This document shows, piece by piece, positions 44,643-54,550 of a stretch of DNA of 64,000 bases. The DNA is taken from the NCBI GenBank assembly GCA_040217195.1, contig JAVJNR010000004.1:416001-480000 (forward strand), in the 5' to 3' direction. The notes below the pieces were generated by a model. That model had not been told where the DNA came from. It worked only from the letters and a program-made list of their open reading frames with translations, and ran no database searches. A program made the translations under genes and the position numbers. The stretch is from Leptospiraceae bacterium. GTDB taxonomy: Bacteria > Spirochaetota > Leptospiria > Leptospirales > Leptonemataceae. Numbering within the stretch: the stretch's first letter is position 1; each line of letters begins with the position of its first letter.

Positions 44643-46382
44643 CTATTTTTTATAAGAGATTCGAATTTCCACTCTTCGGTTTTTGGCTTCAGGTCCCATT
44701 GTGTTCACAAGCTTACGGTCATCGGCGAAGCCCTGCACCTCAATGAATCGACCAGGAGCTATCCCTTTGCGTTCCACCATGGCATTCTTCACCGCTTCAG
44801 CCCTGCGAAGACTGAGAATCTTATTGGATCTATAGGCTCCCACAGAATCCGTATGTCCGTGGACTTTGGCCACTGTATCCGGATTATCCACCAATCCCTG
44901 GGCTACCTGATCAATCAATTGCAATGCTTTCTGAGTAAGCTTCGCACTTCCGGTATCAAATGAAAGGTCACCATCGATGGTAGCTACGATTTCTTTTGTA
45001 TTTCCCGTGGCTTCATCTTTCACTTTTTGCATTTTGAAACCCAGGGCCCGGAAACTGTCCTCCAGTTCTTCCAGAGCGATCCCCTTTCGACCAAACTCAT
45101 CTTTTACGGTATCATAGAGTTTATCCAGGTATTCGCCTACTTCATCCGACGTCGGCTCTGGTTCTTCAGGCGTTTCGGTTTCTGTTTCAACAGGATCGAT
45201 GCGAGCTGGATCCGGCGAGGTGGTAGTAGTATTCACGTCCCCGAGATGGAAGGCCATTCCTACCTTCACGTACAGCTCGGTGCGATAGCCTTTGGAAGAG
45301 GATGCCCGTTCACCCAGACCAAATGTGCTGGATTTCTGGCTGATATCGGTAAGCGGACCGGTCTGGAGTCCGTAGAATTCACTATAGGTTCTGGTCCAAT
45401 CCTCTCTTTCCAGTCCAATGGTAGCGGACAGCCTGCAATATCTGAACTCTGCTTCCAGTCTATGCATCATCCCGCTATCGCTTGCTTTGCCAGACTGGTA
45501 GATTCCAGCCAGATCCAGACTTTCTGCATCGTTTTGATCCCTGAAGTTTACCAGCTGCGGACCGGCGGCCTCAAATGTACCGCTTCGTTCCATAATGTAC
45601 AGCTGATACTTGATGCGCAGATAATCCAGAACGTCCCATTTCAGACCCAGGCCAAATACGAATCCATTTAGATGATAGTTAAGCTTTACGTCTCCAGCAT
45701 TGGCCCAGGTAGTCAGTGATGGATTGCTGGATACGCTATTACTGCGAAGTGTGTATGAGCCATAGGTGGCGGTCAGAGATTCATGCACACTCTGGTATCC
45801 TATGATGGGTCCGGCCCGGAGATTCTTCAACCATCGATGATAATAACCGAATTCATAGATCCTGGAATCGTAGTGATATCTAAGAAGCCTGGTGCCTTCA
45901 AAAAGACTGGTGGCATAGGTGTCATTTCCAGGAAATGCAAATAGAACGCTGGGGCTGGTTTCCCGGGAGAACTTTCGAACTACATTACTTCTATGGTAGG
46001 TAACATCGAAACGGTCTCCATAGGAATACAGCAAAGTTGTACGAATAGGAAAGTAGTCATTTTCATCCCCCTCTCCCAGAGGGATGGCGGCTGGCTGGCC
46101 AGTACTTCCTGAATTGATGGCAGAGTTAATTAACCAGGAGGGACCGGTTTCAGTCATCAGATTCTGTTTTCCGATGGCATATCCCATACCTACATCGAAC
46201 TGTATTCGATGCATGTAGGCATCCAGAAATGGAGTGTCCTGCTTTAGGTCCTGTTCTTCCGCTTTTAGAAGAAAAGGCATAAACAAGACAAGGATGGACA
46301 GGTATTTCAGTCCCAGATTTACTTTCATTGGCGATGACTTCACTATAGTTCGGCAGACTGACGCCCAGGATGCACGTCCCAT
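44643..46382 (-). CDS. Outer-membrane protein: beta-rich N-domain, Pro/Thr/Glu linker and OmpA-like C-domain
   Basis: Signal peptide (start probably MKVNL), GHTD...LSLRRA...NRRVEI. Confidence 0.85.
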   Translation of the reverse strand: MGRASWASVCRTIVKSSPMKVNLGLKYLSILVLFMPFLLKAEEQDLKQDTPFLDAYMHRIQFDVGMGYAIGKQNLMTETGPSWLINSAINSGSTGQPAAIPLGEGDENDYFPIRTTLLYSYGDRFDVTYHRSNVVRKFSRETSPSVLFAFPGNDTYATSLFEGTRLLRYHYDSRIYEFGYYHRWLKNLRAGPIIGYQSVHESLTATYGSYTLRSNSVSSNPSLTTWANAGDVKLNYHLNGFVFGLGLKWDVLDYLRIKYQLYIMERSGTFEAAGPQLVNFRDQNDAESLDLAGIYQSGKASDSGMMHRLEAEFRYCRLSATIGLEREDWTRTYSEFYGLQTGPLTDISQKSSTFGLGERASSSKGYRTELYVKVGMAFHLGDVNTTTTSPDPARIDPVETETETPEEPEPTSDEVGEYLDKLYDTVKDEFGRKGIALEELEDSFRALGFKMQKVKDEATGNTKEIVATIDGDLSFDTGSAKLTQKALQLIDQVAQGLVDNPDTVAKVHGHTDSVGAYRSNKILSLRRAEAVKNAMVERKGIAPGRFIEVQGFADDRKLVNTMGPEAKNRRVEIRISYKK

Positions 46383-46587
46383 CTTTTATTTTACATAGGA
46401 CGGATTTTTCAGCTCTCAGAACCAGAAGGTTTTACGATGATACCGTGTAGTTACCTGTCACCTTTTACAGTTAACCCTTCGAATGATTTTCAGGTTCTGT
46501 TAGTCAACTTCAGGCAGGTCTGGAATTCTGGAGATTATTTCCCTGAATTGTCTTGAGCAATTATTCCATAGAATCGAGAGATAAGAA

Positions 46588-47262
46588 ATGATGCGGATTA
46601 TCTACGCAAAGCTTTTACCGGTCACCCTGTTAATCCTCTTAGGCGGTAGCTCATGCACCACTTTCCAGGAAGTACCGTCCTATTTTGGATATGACTCCTA
46701 CTGGGGACTATTCTGTGGATGCACCACCAATCGCTCGGCCATCGATCCCGCCACCGATGAAGCTTCGGATAGCTTGAACAAAGTCTATGCCAGAGTAAGA
46801 AACGATTTTGCCGGAAACGGCGAAATACTGGAAGAACTGGAAGACTCATTTAGGGCCCAGGGCTTCGAGCTTCGTAAAGAATTGGATGCTGGCGGAAATA
46901 CCAAAAGACTGGTGGCCATCATTGATGGGGATTTGTCCTTTCCCACCGGTTCCTCTGAGCTAACTCCTAAAGCACTGGAAATTGTAGATAAAATGGGAGA
47001 AGGTCTGGCAGATATACCAAACACCGTGGCCAGAATTCATGGTCATACGGACACTCCCGGTTCCTATCAGGGAAATAAAATCCTCAGCCAGAAGCGAGCG
47101 GAGTCGGTGCGAAAAGCCCTTATTACTCGAAAGGGTATTGCGGCAGAGCGAATCATAGAGGTGCGAGGCTTCGCAGACGATCGAAAGATAATCGATACTA
47201 CCGCTTCCGAGCCCCGAAACCGCAGAACCGAGATTTTGATTTCCTTTAAAGGCGATTCCTGA
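46588..47262 (+). CDS. OmpA-family lipoprotein
   Basis: Lipobox GSSC, GHTD...LSQKRA...NRRTEI. Confidence 0.9.
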   Translation: MMRIIYAKLLPVTLLILLGGSSCTTFQEVPSYFGYDSYWGLFCGCTTNRSAIDPATDEASDSLNKVYARVRNDFAGNGEILEELEDSFRAQGFELRKELDAGGNTKRLVAIIDGDLSFPTGSSELTPKALEIVDKMGEGLADIPNTVARIHGHTDTPGSYQGNKILSQKRAESVRKALITRKGIAAERIIEVRGFADDRKIIDTTASEPRNRRTEILISFKGDS

Positions 47263-47267
47263 TATTT

Positions 47268-49583
47268 TTGGCCATGTTCCGGCCGCGGATTTTGCTTATT
47301 TGTCTGACCCTGGGTCTGGTGGTGTTCTCCCGACCTGCCCTGGCTCGCAGCCTGACGGATTGTCTGGAGTTTGTTGCCCTGGAAAAAGGCTCCAAAGCCA
47401 CTCCAGAACAATTACTTGAAGTTGAATTCCGGCCATTCTCTGAATTAGAGCATATAACGTTCAATGACGGACCTCTGTGGCTTCGTTGTCGTATTAATAA
47501 GCTTCCGGGAGTGAATCCTGATTTAGATTACAGATTACATCTGGCCAATGGTTTTATTCAATTCGTAGATCTCTATATATTGTCGGAAGGAGACAGGATC
47601 GAACGAATTGCCAGATTAAATGCAGGAAGTTCCTTACCCAGGTTCAACGGTAATCGTAACAGGCAACCGGCCTTTCGCCTACCTTCGCTTCAGAATAATT
47701 ACACTCTTATGATTCGGGTACAGACAAAGAGCCGAATTCGAATACCAATTTCTTTACTTACCGAATCTCAATACGAAGCGCAGGAAAGTCAGAACCAAAC
47801 ACTGTTTCTTATATTTTACGGACTGGTTCTGGTACTGTTCGTAACCAATTTCCTGGGGTACGCCGGACTGCGAGATCGCAGATACCTGGAGCTGAATGGT
47901 TATCTGTTTCTTTTTATGATTTTTCACAGCTACATGGACCAATTCTGGCCCGCCGGACCGGGAAACAGTACCTGGATCTTTCAGGTGCTTTGCGCGGCCG
48001 GTCCAGCTTCAGCCAGTATGCTTGCACTTTTCCTGGGTAGCTTTCTGGGAATTACCAGGCAACAGAGAGCCGTTCGAATTCTTCAACTTATCCTATTCTA
48101 TTCCGGCTTGAGTGTAGCCTTGCTTACCCTGGTTAATTACCAATGGGGCATTGTAGCCTCTTTATTTTCCTTACCTCTGTGGCTAACATTAATCCTGGCA
48201 ATCATAGCCCTTTCCTATAGAGAGTCCAGAACAGAGGCACGGTACCTCTCCTGGGCTATGTTTGTTAGCATTCCTCTCCCAATATTGATTTCAATATCTG
48301 ATCTACTTCTGGGATGGGACTCTATGAACATCATTCATTTGACCCGGTTGTTTATGCTGCCAGGAGGACTGATTCTAACGATTTCAGTAACCCTGCGCCT
48401 GAATATTAATAACAGAAATCGACAGGAAGCCCTGGAAGAGGCGGTTAGAGAAAGAACCAGGCAATTGATGACCGAATCATTGCGAAGCGAGGAAGCGGGC
48501 AAAATCAAGGACAATGTGCTACGAATCGTTTCTCACGATATTCGATCACCACTGGCCGCTTTAAAAACGAACCTGCCTCTTTTGAGAAAGGAAGGACTTT
48601 CGGACAACGTTCGCAAAGAGCTGGTTCGGGAAATGGAATCCACCGTCGATGAATTATTGCATCTTTCCAACTGGTTACTGGAATCTTCCAGAGCAGGAAG
48701 CGGTAAACCAGGACTTGAGCCTCGCTGGATCAACATTCAATCGGTTCTAAAAGACATTGCCGGAAGGTATGAGAACTCCTCGGGTGCAGAGCATGTTCGC
48801 TTTCAGGTTTCGGCGCCGGAAGGCTGGGAATTTCTTATCGATCCACCTCTGTTTTCCAGTATGATCTCAAACCTTATTTCCAATGCAATGCCACATATTG
48901 GTAGCGATGGAACCATAGACCTGGTGGCCAACCTGGAAGGCGATTTTGTGCTGCGAATCATGGATAATGGTTCCGGAATCCCGGAAGAACTCCAGCCAAT
49001 GCTTTTTGATCCAACGAAAACTGGACAGAGTACCGAATCCAACAGCTTTCGAGGTCATGGGCTGGGATTGATCCTTTCCAGAGAGATTGCATTGTTACAT
49101 GGTGGAGAACTGGAACTGGAGCATAGCGTTCCAGGAAACACTGTATTTATCTTTCGCATGCCCGGGAATCGAATCTATATTCCAGGCCATGAGATGTCCA
49201 GAGGCCAATCCATTGTACTGCTGGTAGATGATGACCCAGCATTTCGGCAGATGGTGCGAACCCTGTTTTATCAGGCTGAACCTAACCTGGCTACCGTAGA
49301 AGCCTCCAATACGAGACAGGCTCTTCGAATACTTCGAGAGCTTCAGCCCAGGTTAATTCTCACAGATGTATGGATGCCCGGAGAAGATGGATTCCACTTG
49401 ATTCAAAGTCTTGCAGGAGATGAACGATACTCCAGAATACCGGTCTGGGCCATCTCTGCAGACGGAACGACTGAAAAGCAGGCTACTTCGTATCCTAACG
49501 TTACTACTTTTCTAGAAAAGCCCATCCAGCCGGATAAATTGAAAAAACGATTTACCGATTTCTCTCGTGAAAATAGGCGATAA
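47268..49583 (+). CDS. Hybrid sensor histidine kinase (7TMR-DISM-type input, HisKA/HATPase, REC)
   Basis: Extracellular domain plus about 7 TM segments. SHDIRSPL, NLISNA, DNGSGI, GLGL, then receiver VDDD...DVWMP...KP. Confidence 0.9.
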   Translation: MAMFRPRILLICLTLGLVVFSRPALARSLTDCLEFVALEKGSKATPEQLLEVEFRPFSELEHITFNDGPLWLRCRINKLPGVNPDLDYRLHLANGFIQFVDLYILSEGDRIERIARLNAGSSLPRFNGNRNRQPAFRLPSLQNNYTLMIRVQTKSRIRIPISLLTESQYEAQESQNQTLFLIFYGLVLVLFVTNFLGYAGLRDRRYLELNGYLFLFMIFHSYMDQFWPAGPGNSTWIFQVLCAAGPASASMLALFLGSFLGITRQQRAVRILQLILFYSGLSVALLTLVNYQWGIVASLFSLPLWLTLILAIIALSYRESRTEARYLSWAMFVSIPLPILISISDLLLGWDSMNIIHLTRLFMLPGGLILTISVTLRLNINNRNRQEALEEAVRERTRQLMTESLRSEEAGKIKDNVLRIVSHDIRSPLAALKTNLPLLRKEGLSDNVRKELVREMESTVDELLHLSNWLLESSRAGSGKPGLEPRWINIQSVLKDIAGRYENSSGAEHVRFQVSAPEGWEFLIDPPLFSSMISNLISNAMPHIGSDGTIDLVANLEGDFVLRIMDNGSGIPEELQPMLFDPTKTGQSTESNSFRGHGLGLILSREIALLHGGELELEHSVPGNTVFIFRMPGNRIYIPGHEMSRGQSIVLLVDDDPAFRQMVRTLFYQAEPNLATVEASNTRQALRILRELQPRLILTDVWMPGEDGFHLIQSLAGDERYSRIPVWAISADGTTEKQATSYPNVTTFLEKPIQPDKLKKRFTDFSRENRR

Positions 49584-50250
49584 GCTCTGCAGTAGTTTCA
49601 GCGTTTAGCTTTTCCTTTAGATTGCCTTTATGAAAGGCCACGGTCCGGGCTGAAATATCCAACCTCTCTGCAATTTCCTTATCTTTGAAGCCATGGGCCA
49701 CCAGTTCAAAAACCTGCCATTCTCGTTCGCTTAACTTGGGGCCGTGCTCTCTATGCTGTTCCAGAATGGCCTGTACCTTTTCTGAGAAAACCGGATGTCC
49801 AGAAACAATTCGATCCAGGGCAGCTATAATGTTTTCATTCACATCGTCTTTTAGAAGCACTCCATCCACCTGCAAACGAGTGGCTGCAGCAATAATGGCC
49901 GGAGATTCCTGTTGAGTTACTATTAGAATTCCAGTGTCTGGATAATGCTTTTTTATGTATGAAACGGCCAGAAGCCCGCCGTACTGGGAGGCTTCTCGAA
50001 TCCCCAATCGCTCCATCTCTTCTGTTATCCCGGGTTCTGCCTGATCCTGTAGTTCCGGCCCTGGTGGCATCCCAATATCCAGAACGGCAATTCTAGGTGG
50101 ATTTTGCGAAAATCCAGTAAGTACATCGGCTCCGTTTCGCCCTTCAAAGGATACAAAAAAGGAATTGGATTCACCGATCACAATGCGCAGGCCGGTGAGG
50201 ATCAACTGATGATCATCGGCTATCAGGACTGAATGTTTCTGGCCTTCCAT
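49552..50250 (-). CDS. NarL/FixJ-family response regulator (REC plus LuxR HTH)
   Basis: ADDH, LDIGMP and LSEREWQV...KEIAERLDISARTV. Start taken at MEGQ (50250). Confidence 0.92.
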   Translation of the reverse strand: MEGQKHSVLIADDHQLILTGLRIVIGESNSFFVSFEGRNGADVLTGFSQNPPRIAVLDIGMPPGPELQDQAEPGITEEMERLGIREASQYGGLLAVSYIKKHYPDTGILIVTQQESPAIIAAATRLQVDGVLLKDDVNENIIAALDRIVSGHPVFSEKVQAILEQHREHGPKLSEREWQVFELVAHGFKDKEIAERLDISARTVAFHKGNLKEKLNAETTAELIAYFHERNR

Positions 50251-50290
50251 ATATTGAACAGGTTTGTAATGCTGCAAACTTTGCAAGTCT

Positions 50291-51490
50291 TTGTCTCATT
50301 CAGTGACTCATCCGGCTGTATTGCTCTCATTCCAGAGGGAACATTTTTACTTGATTCATACAGGGATAAATCCCGCTAATGAAGTAGTGGATAACGGACT
50401 CATACCGTTCAGGCCGGTAAGCGGCGCACGGGGACCTCATGCTCAGACCATTGCAACCCATCTTCTGGGGCGAGCGACCTTTATCAACAGCAAGAAGTTT
50501 AAATCAGACCTGTATACAGTAGCCCTGCCCAGCCCGGAAGGGAGCATGGATCGAATTTTGTTGAAGATCCATCGCCAGAAAGTCCGGGAAGCGCCGGCTG
50601 TAATTCTAGTGCATGGGATGGAAGGCAGTTCTGAGTCCGTTTATATCATCAAGCTCACAGAGAAATTGCTGAGCCGGGGCTTTCATGTAGTTCGAATGAA
50701 TCTCAGACAATGTGGCGATGGGCGGGACATGGCCCGTATGACCTACAATGCGGCCATGACCGTGGATCTGCATGCTGCCTGCATTTTTGTTCATGAGAAT
50801 CTAGCTGAAAGAATGGCAGTAGTTGGTTATAGCCTGGGAGGCAATATTACCCTAAAATATATGGGGGAGCCGTCCACAGAAAGGGCCCGCCAGATACGCA
50901 ATCTTCGCAGAGCACAGCCAGATTACCTGGAAAGGGAAAGTCCATTACCCAGGCGCTGGAAAGAGTTTCCTCTTCGATTACCCGAGCGATGGGTGGCTGT
51001 AAGTGCTCCCCTGGATCTAAAGGCTACTCAGGTGAGGATGGATTCAGATAGGGCCAGACTTTACAGAGAAGCTTTCCTGGATGAATTCAAACTTCGCGTG
51101 GATTCAGGCGTTTACGGAGAACTGGCCAGAAATCTGCCCGATGCCCATCGAAGGCCAGACACATTTTATAGATTTGATACACTGTATACAGCTCCGGCCT
51201 CCGGCTACCTGGGTGCGGAGCATTATTATGAAGTTGGCTCCGGAGGCAGCTACCTTGCCAGAATCAAAACTCCAGGCCTTTTGCTTCACTCCCTGGACGA
51301 CCCATTGATTCCCCATGAGCCGATACATGCAATCCCCTGGTCTCAGTACAAAGATATTGAGGTTCATTTTACTTTGAATGGCGGCCATGTGGGCTGGCTT
51401 GCCAGAAAGCATCCGGAATTCCCGGACCGGCGCTGGATGGACTACCGGATTGAAACCTACTTAATGGACTGGATTGGACGCAAGTCCTGA
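50291..51490 (+). CDS. YheT-family alpha/beta hydrolase
   Basis: HAQT, HGMEGS, GYSLGGN, DDP and GGHVG motifs. Confidence 0.9.
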   Translation: MSHSVTHPAVLLSFQREHFYLIHTGINPANEVVDNGLIPFRPVSGARGPHAQTIATHLLGRATFINSKKFKSDLYTVALPSPEGSMDRILLKIHRQKVREAPAVILVHGMEGSSESVYIIKLTEKLLSRGFHVVRMNLRQCGDGRDMARMTYNAAMTVDLHAACIFVHENLAERMAVVGYSLGGNITLKYMGEPSTERARQIRNLRRAQPDYLERESPLPRRWKEFPLRLPERWVAVSAPLDLKATQVRMDSDRARLYREAFLDEFKLRVDSGVYGELARNLPDAHRRPDTFYRFDTLYTAPASGYLGAEHYYEVGSGGSYLARIKTPGLLLHSLDDPLIPHEPIHAIPWSQYKDIEVHFTLNGGHVGWLARKHPEFPDRRWMDYRIETYLMDWIGRKS

Positions 51491-52506
51491 ATGCATTCAG
51501 TACTAAGCCCCATTTCCTTCTGAACATCCATGGCTGGATCTCGACTATAATTTCGAAGAAAGGCTGAGCCTTCCTTGAAATAGGAATGGGGATTCTGAGT
51601 CTGCAAACTTAGATCTTTATGCGTCTCCTGGAGCATGGTTCCTGTGTCATAGGGACCCATGAGCTGTTCGTAAAAACCAAAGCGAAATACCTTTCCCTCT
51701 TCTTCGAAGGCCAGGGGAGTTATGGAAGAATCTCCGGCATTAAAAAAGTACAGCAGTGGTTTTCGCTCCACCATCTTCTTTCGGATGTCCAGCTTTTTCA
51801 ATGCAATATCAACGCTCATAGGCTGAATGCATTTTCGATCTGATTCTTCATGATCCATAAGTACCGGGCCCTGGGAACTATGGTAGACGAATCTTGTACG
51901 GAACAGAACCCAGGGACCTTTCAATTCCACAATACCTTTTTCGCCGTAGATATTCCTGAATGCCTTTCCCCTGACCCATTCTTCATAGGTATGAATTCTG
52001 TAAAAAATCAGATTTCCATTATCATTTTCTATTTTCAGAAGCTGAGTGGATGAGGAAAGACTGTGGGAGTCAGCAACGGAGTAACGACTGGATACCGGAC
52101 GAAGATAGGTTCCCACCAGGTTTTCCGCGCTCACCGATAGTAATCCAGGGTTCAATTCAGATTCAGCGGAACTCCCGGACTCAGCATCGGAGGGAATCAA
52201 CTCATCGGCCCGGGGCAGTCGATGGATCCAATCCGGTGTAGAAAAACAGGATACCAGGAAATGCAAACTGCCAATGGCGGCGATCATTAGGGCCGGACGC
52301 AGTCCGGGATAAAATCGATAGAAAAGTAATTTGGCTCGGGCGAAATGCAAAATCAACCTACTGAAGGCTATACTTCTGGCCTGGATCTCGAAAGCAAACG
52401 ATAATCTTCGATCAAATGGACTTACCGCGAAATTCGAATCTGGTATGGCCAATCTGGATTTCATCGCCATTGCGCAGCGGCCTTGGACGAAGCACTCTCT
52501 TTCCAT
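51457..52506 (-). CDS. Hypothetical lipoprotein
   Basis: Lipobox LVSC. True start is probably between 52356 and 52287. Confidence 0.6.
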   Translation of the reverse strand: MERECFVQGRCAMAMKSRLAIPDSNFAVSPFDRRLSFAFEIQARSIAFSRLILHFARAKLLFYRFYPGLRPALMIAAIGSLHFLVSCFSTPDWIHRLPRADELIPSDAESGSSAESELNPGLLSVSAENLVGTYLRPVSSRYSVADSHSLSSSTQLLKIENDNGNLIFYRIHTYEEWVRGKAFRNIYGEKGIVELKGPWVLFRTRFVYHSSQGPVLMDHEESDRKCIQPMSVDIALKKLDIRKKMVERKPLLYFFNAGDSSITPLAFEEEGKVFRFGFYEQLMGPYDTGTMLQETHKDLSLQTQNPHSYFKEGSAFLRNYSRDPAMDVQKEMGLSTECIQDLRPIQSIK

Positions 52507-54151
52507 TTAAATAGGTACCTGTATCGCTTACCAGGTCAAAAAGTACATATTTCTGATCGATCTTTCGAACCTTTCCATGCAACATGGAGGCTGATTTATC
52601 CGCCACGACCAGACTTGCCATGGGGCTTCTTCCTATGTAGGTCTCTTCAAGAAATAAATCATATTCATTTCTTTGCCTGTAAGGATCTCCACCGACCAGC
52701 ACCAGAGTGGCATACTCATATCGACTGGCATCGCGCAATGCCATTTGAAGCACCTGATAGGACTTTTCTTTGAGCTCCAGGGAAATGGTTTCTGGACTGC
52801 GAGTTCTAAAAGGCATCTCGGATTGATATATTCTGGCCATTGCATCGTCGCTGGCCAGGGCTGTGGCCGCTGCTTTTTGACCTGCCTCCGATTGTGCAGA
52901 TTCTACAGGATAAGAATCAGGACCGGCCTGGTCGCCCGGCACACTTTCAGACACAGAAGTGGGCATGCCTTCCGGATTTTGGCTTCTTGCCAGAGCTTCC
53001 GTAAAATCCGTTATCTGACCAGGAGGCTGGGCTTCAAGCCGGGTTGGCTTTTCATGGTCCGCAGACCAGCCTTCCATGACCTCATCGCTCACAGGAGGTA
53101 GACGTTTGCGAGCCTGGGCTCTGCGAAGAACTATCCATAAGAATACAAAAAATGCAATTAACAGTAAAAGTCCCAGGCCAACAAGTATCCAGGCCAAAGA
53201 ATCCTTTCCGTCCAGAAAGCGAAAGGGAACCTTGTAGGTGTACTCTGCGAATCGATCCGGTTCGTTCAGATATTCTACTCGAACTTTAATTTCCTTGCCC
53301 GGATATCGGTTCCAGATTTCTGCAGCAGATTTATACTTAAGTGTAAAATGCGACCTTGACTCCGAGGACGGTTTTAGTCTGCCTGGTGGAAAGTTTCCTT
53401 TAAACACTTCTCCGCCGGTTTTAAGTGCAATCTTTTGAAATCGCTCCTCTCCTCGTGCTTTTCCGTTCAAGATTGTATAAACAGGAATCTTCGCATCCCG
53501 GGCTTCGCCTGCAATGGCAATTGCATCCTCTTCGGAAAGATAGGATCCTTCATCGCGACCATCAGTAAATAGAATTAGTCCGGAGCCCCGGGGTGAGTAG
53601 GCATCCCTGGCCTGGGTGGCATGATCCAGGCCAACATAAAGGGCATCATAAATTCTGGTTTTCATTCCGGTACGGTCAATGCCTTCAATACCGGCCAGAA
53701 CTCTGGCTCTTTCTGTAGATAAACCGGTCATGGACAGGATTTGAACTGGCTTTCCATTGATTCGATAGACCGCGACTCGGTCCGCATCTGGCAGGTTTCG
53801 CACAAATTCCAGAGCCGCTTTTCGAGAGCGCAGAAAATCCTTTTTGGGAACGGACTTTGTGGCATCGAGCACAACCACCCAGTTACTTCCGTTCTCCTGG
53901 GCGGAAACTACGGTGTCCAGATTCTGTGCCTGGCTGCCCGAGCCGTAGTCCTCATAGACAACAAAGGTAGGTTCTCCTTCCGCGGAGGAAGGAATTTCAA
54001 CAGTCACCTCCATTTCCGGGAAAGCTCTGTAGTCCACGCCAGTTATCTCCACATCCGCCAGCAATATGCCAGGAAGCAGAAAGCTCAGGATGAATAGAGA
54101 GCGTTCCAATAAATAGCGGAACCTGTCCATATCTGACATTATCGGACACAA
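52412..54151 (-). CDS. Membrane protein: exported VWA domain, one TM helix, cytoplasmic FHA domain
   Basis: DATKS and TDG MIDAS-like motifs, TM segment LAWILVG...WIVL, FHA motifs IGR, SxxH, GTYLNG and GDEIQIG. Confidence 0.85.
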   Translation of the reverse strand: MCPIMSDMDRFRYLLERSLFILSFLLPGILLADVEITGVDYRAFPEMEVTVEIPSSAEGEPTFVVYEDYGSGSQAQNLDTVVSAQENGSNWVVVLDATKSVPKKDFLRSRKAALEFVRNLPDADRVAVYRINGKPVQILSMTGLSTERARVLAGIEGIDRTGMKTRIYDALYVGLDHATQARDAYSPRGSGLILFTDGRDEGSYLSEEDAIAIAGEARDAKIPVYTILNGKARGEERFQKIALKTGGEVFKGNFPPGRLKPSSESRSHFTLKYKSAAEIWNRYPGKEIKVRVEYLNEPDRFAEYTYKVPFRFLDGKDSLAWILVGLGLLLLIAFFVFLWIVLRRAQARKRLPPVSDEVMEGWSADHEKPTRLEAQPPGQITDFTEALARSQNPEGMPTSVSESVPGDQAGPDSYPVESAQSEAGQKAAATALASDDAMARIYQSEMPFRTRSPETISLELKEKSYQVLQMALRDASRYEYATLVLVGGDPYRQRNEYDLFLEETYIGRSPMASLVVADKSASMLHGKVRKIDQKYVLFDLVSDTGTYLNGKRVLRPRPLRNGDEIQIGHTRFEFRGKSI

Positions 54152-54178
54152 AATGAATTGAAAAGCGGATTTTCCTGG

Positions 54179-54487
54179 TCAGCGCTGCTGCTGCGGAAAG
54201 TACATTCGGTTCATTTCACGTTGCTGTCTTTGATGCTCCTGGCCCTCAGGAGTAGAAAGAAAATAGGTTAAATAGCCAAAGTAAAGCCCCAGAATTAGAA
54301 AGCCACTTCCCATTATGGCAAGAGCCATCTTGCGGGGCCGATTCCAGGATTTCATATAATCCCGATGCAAAACACCCATTACCATCAAAATTAGATACAG
54401 GCCGCCAAATCCGGCCAGGATTGCAAAAAACAAAGAGTCCTCCTCTGGGGCTGCTGGATTCAGCGGTTCCAGTAGCGAAAAAATCAA
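54179..54487 (-). CDS. Small 2-TM hypothetical protein
   Basis: Two hydrophobic helices, in the same strand run as its neighbours. Confidence 0.6.
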   Translation of the reverse strand: MIFSLLEPLNPAAPEEDSLFFAILAGFGGLYLILMVMGVLHRDYMKSWNRPRKMALAIMGSGFLILGLYFGYLTYFLSTPEGQEHQRQQREMNRMYFPQQQR

Positions 54488-54550
54488 TTCTTACGTGAAA
54501 TTCAACGGACATTACCGGACAGTATAAAGCCTGGCATAGAGCTCCAATCC

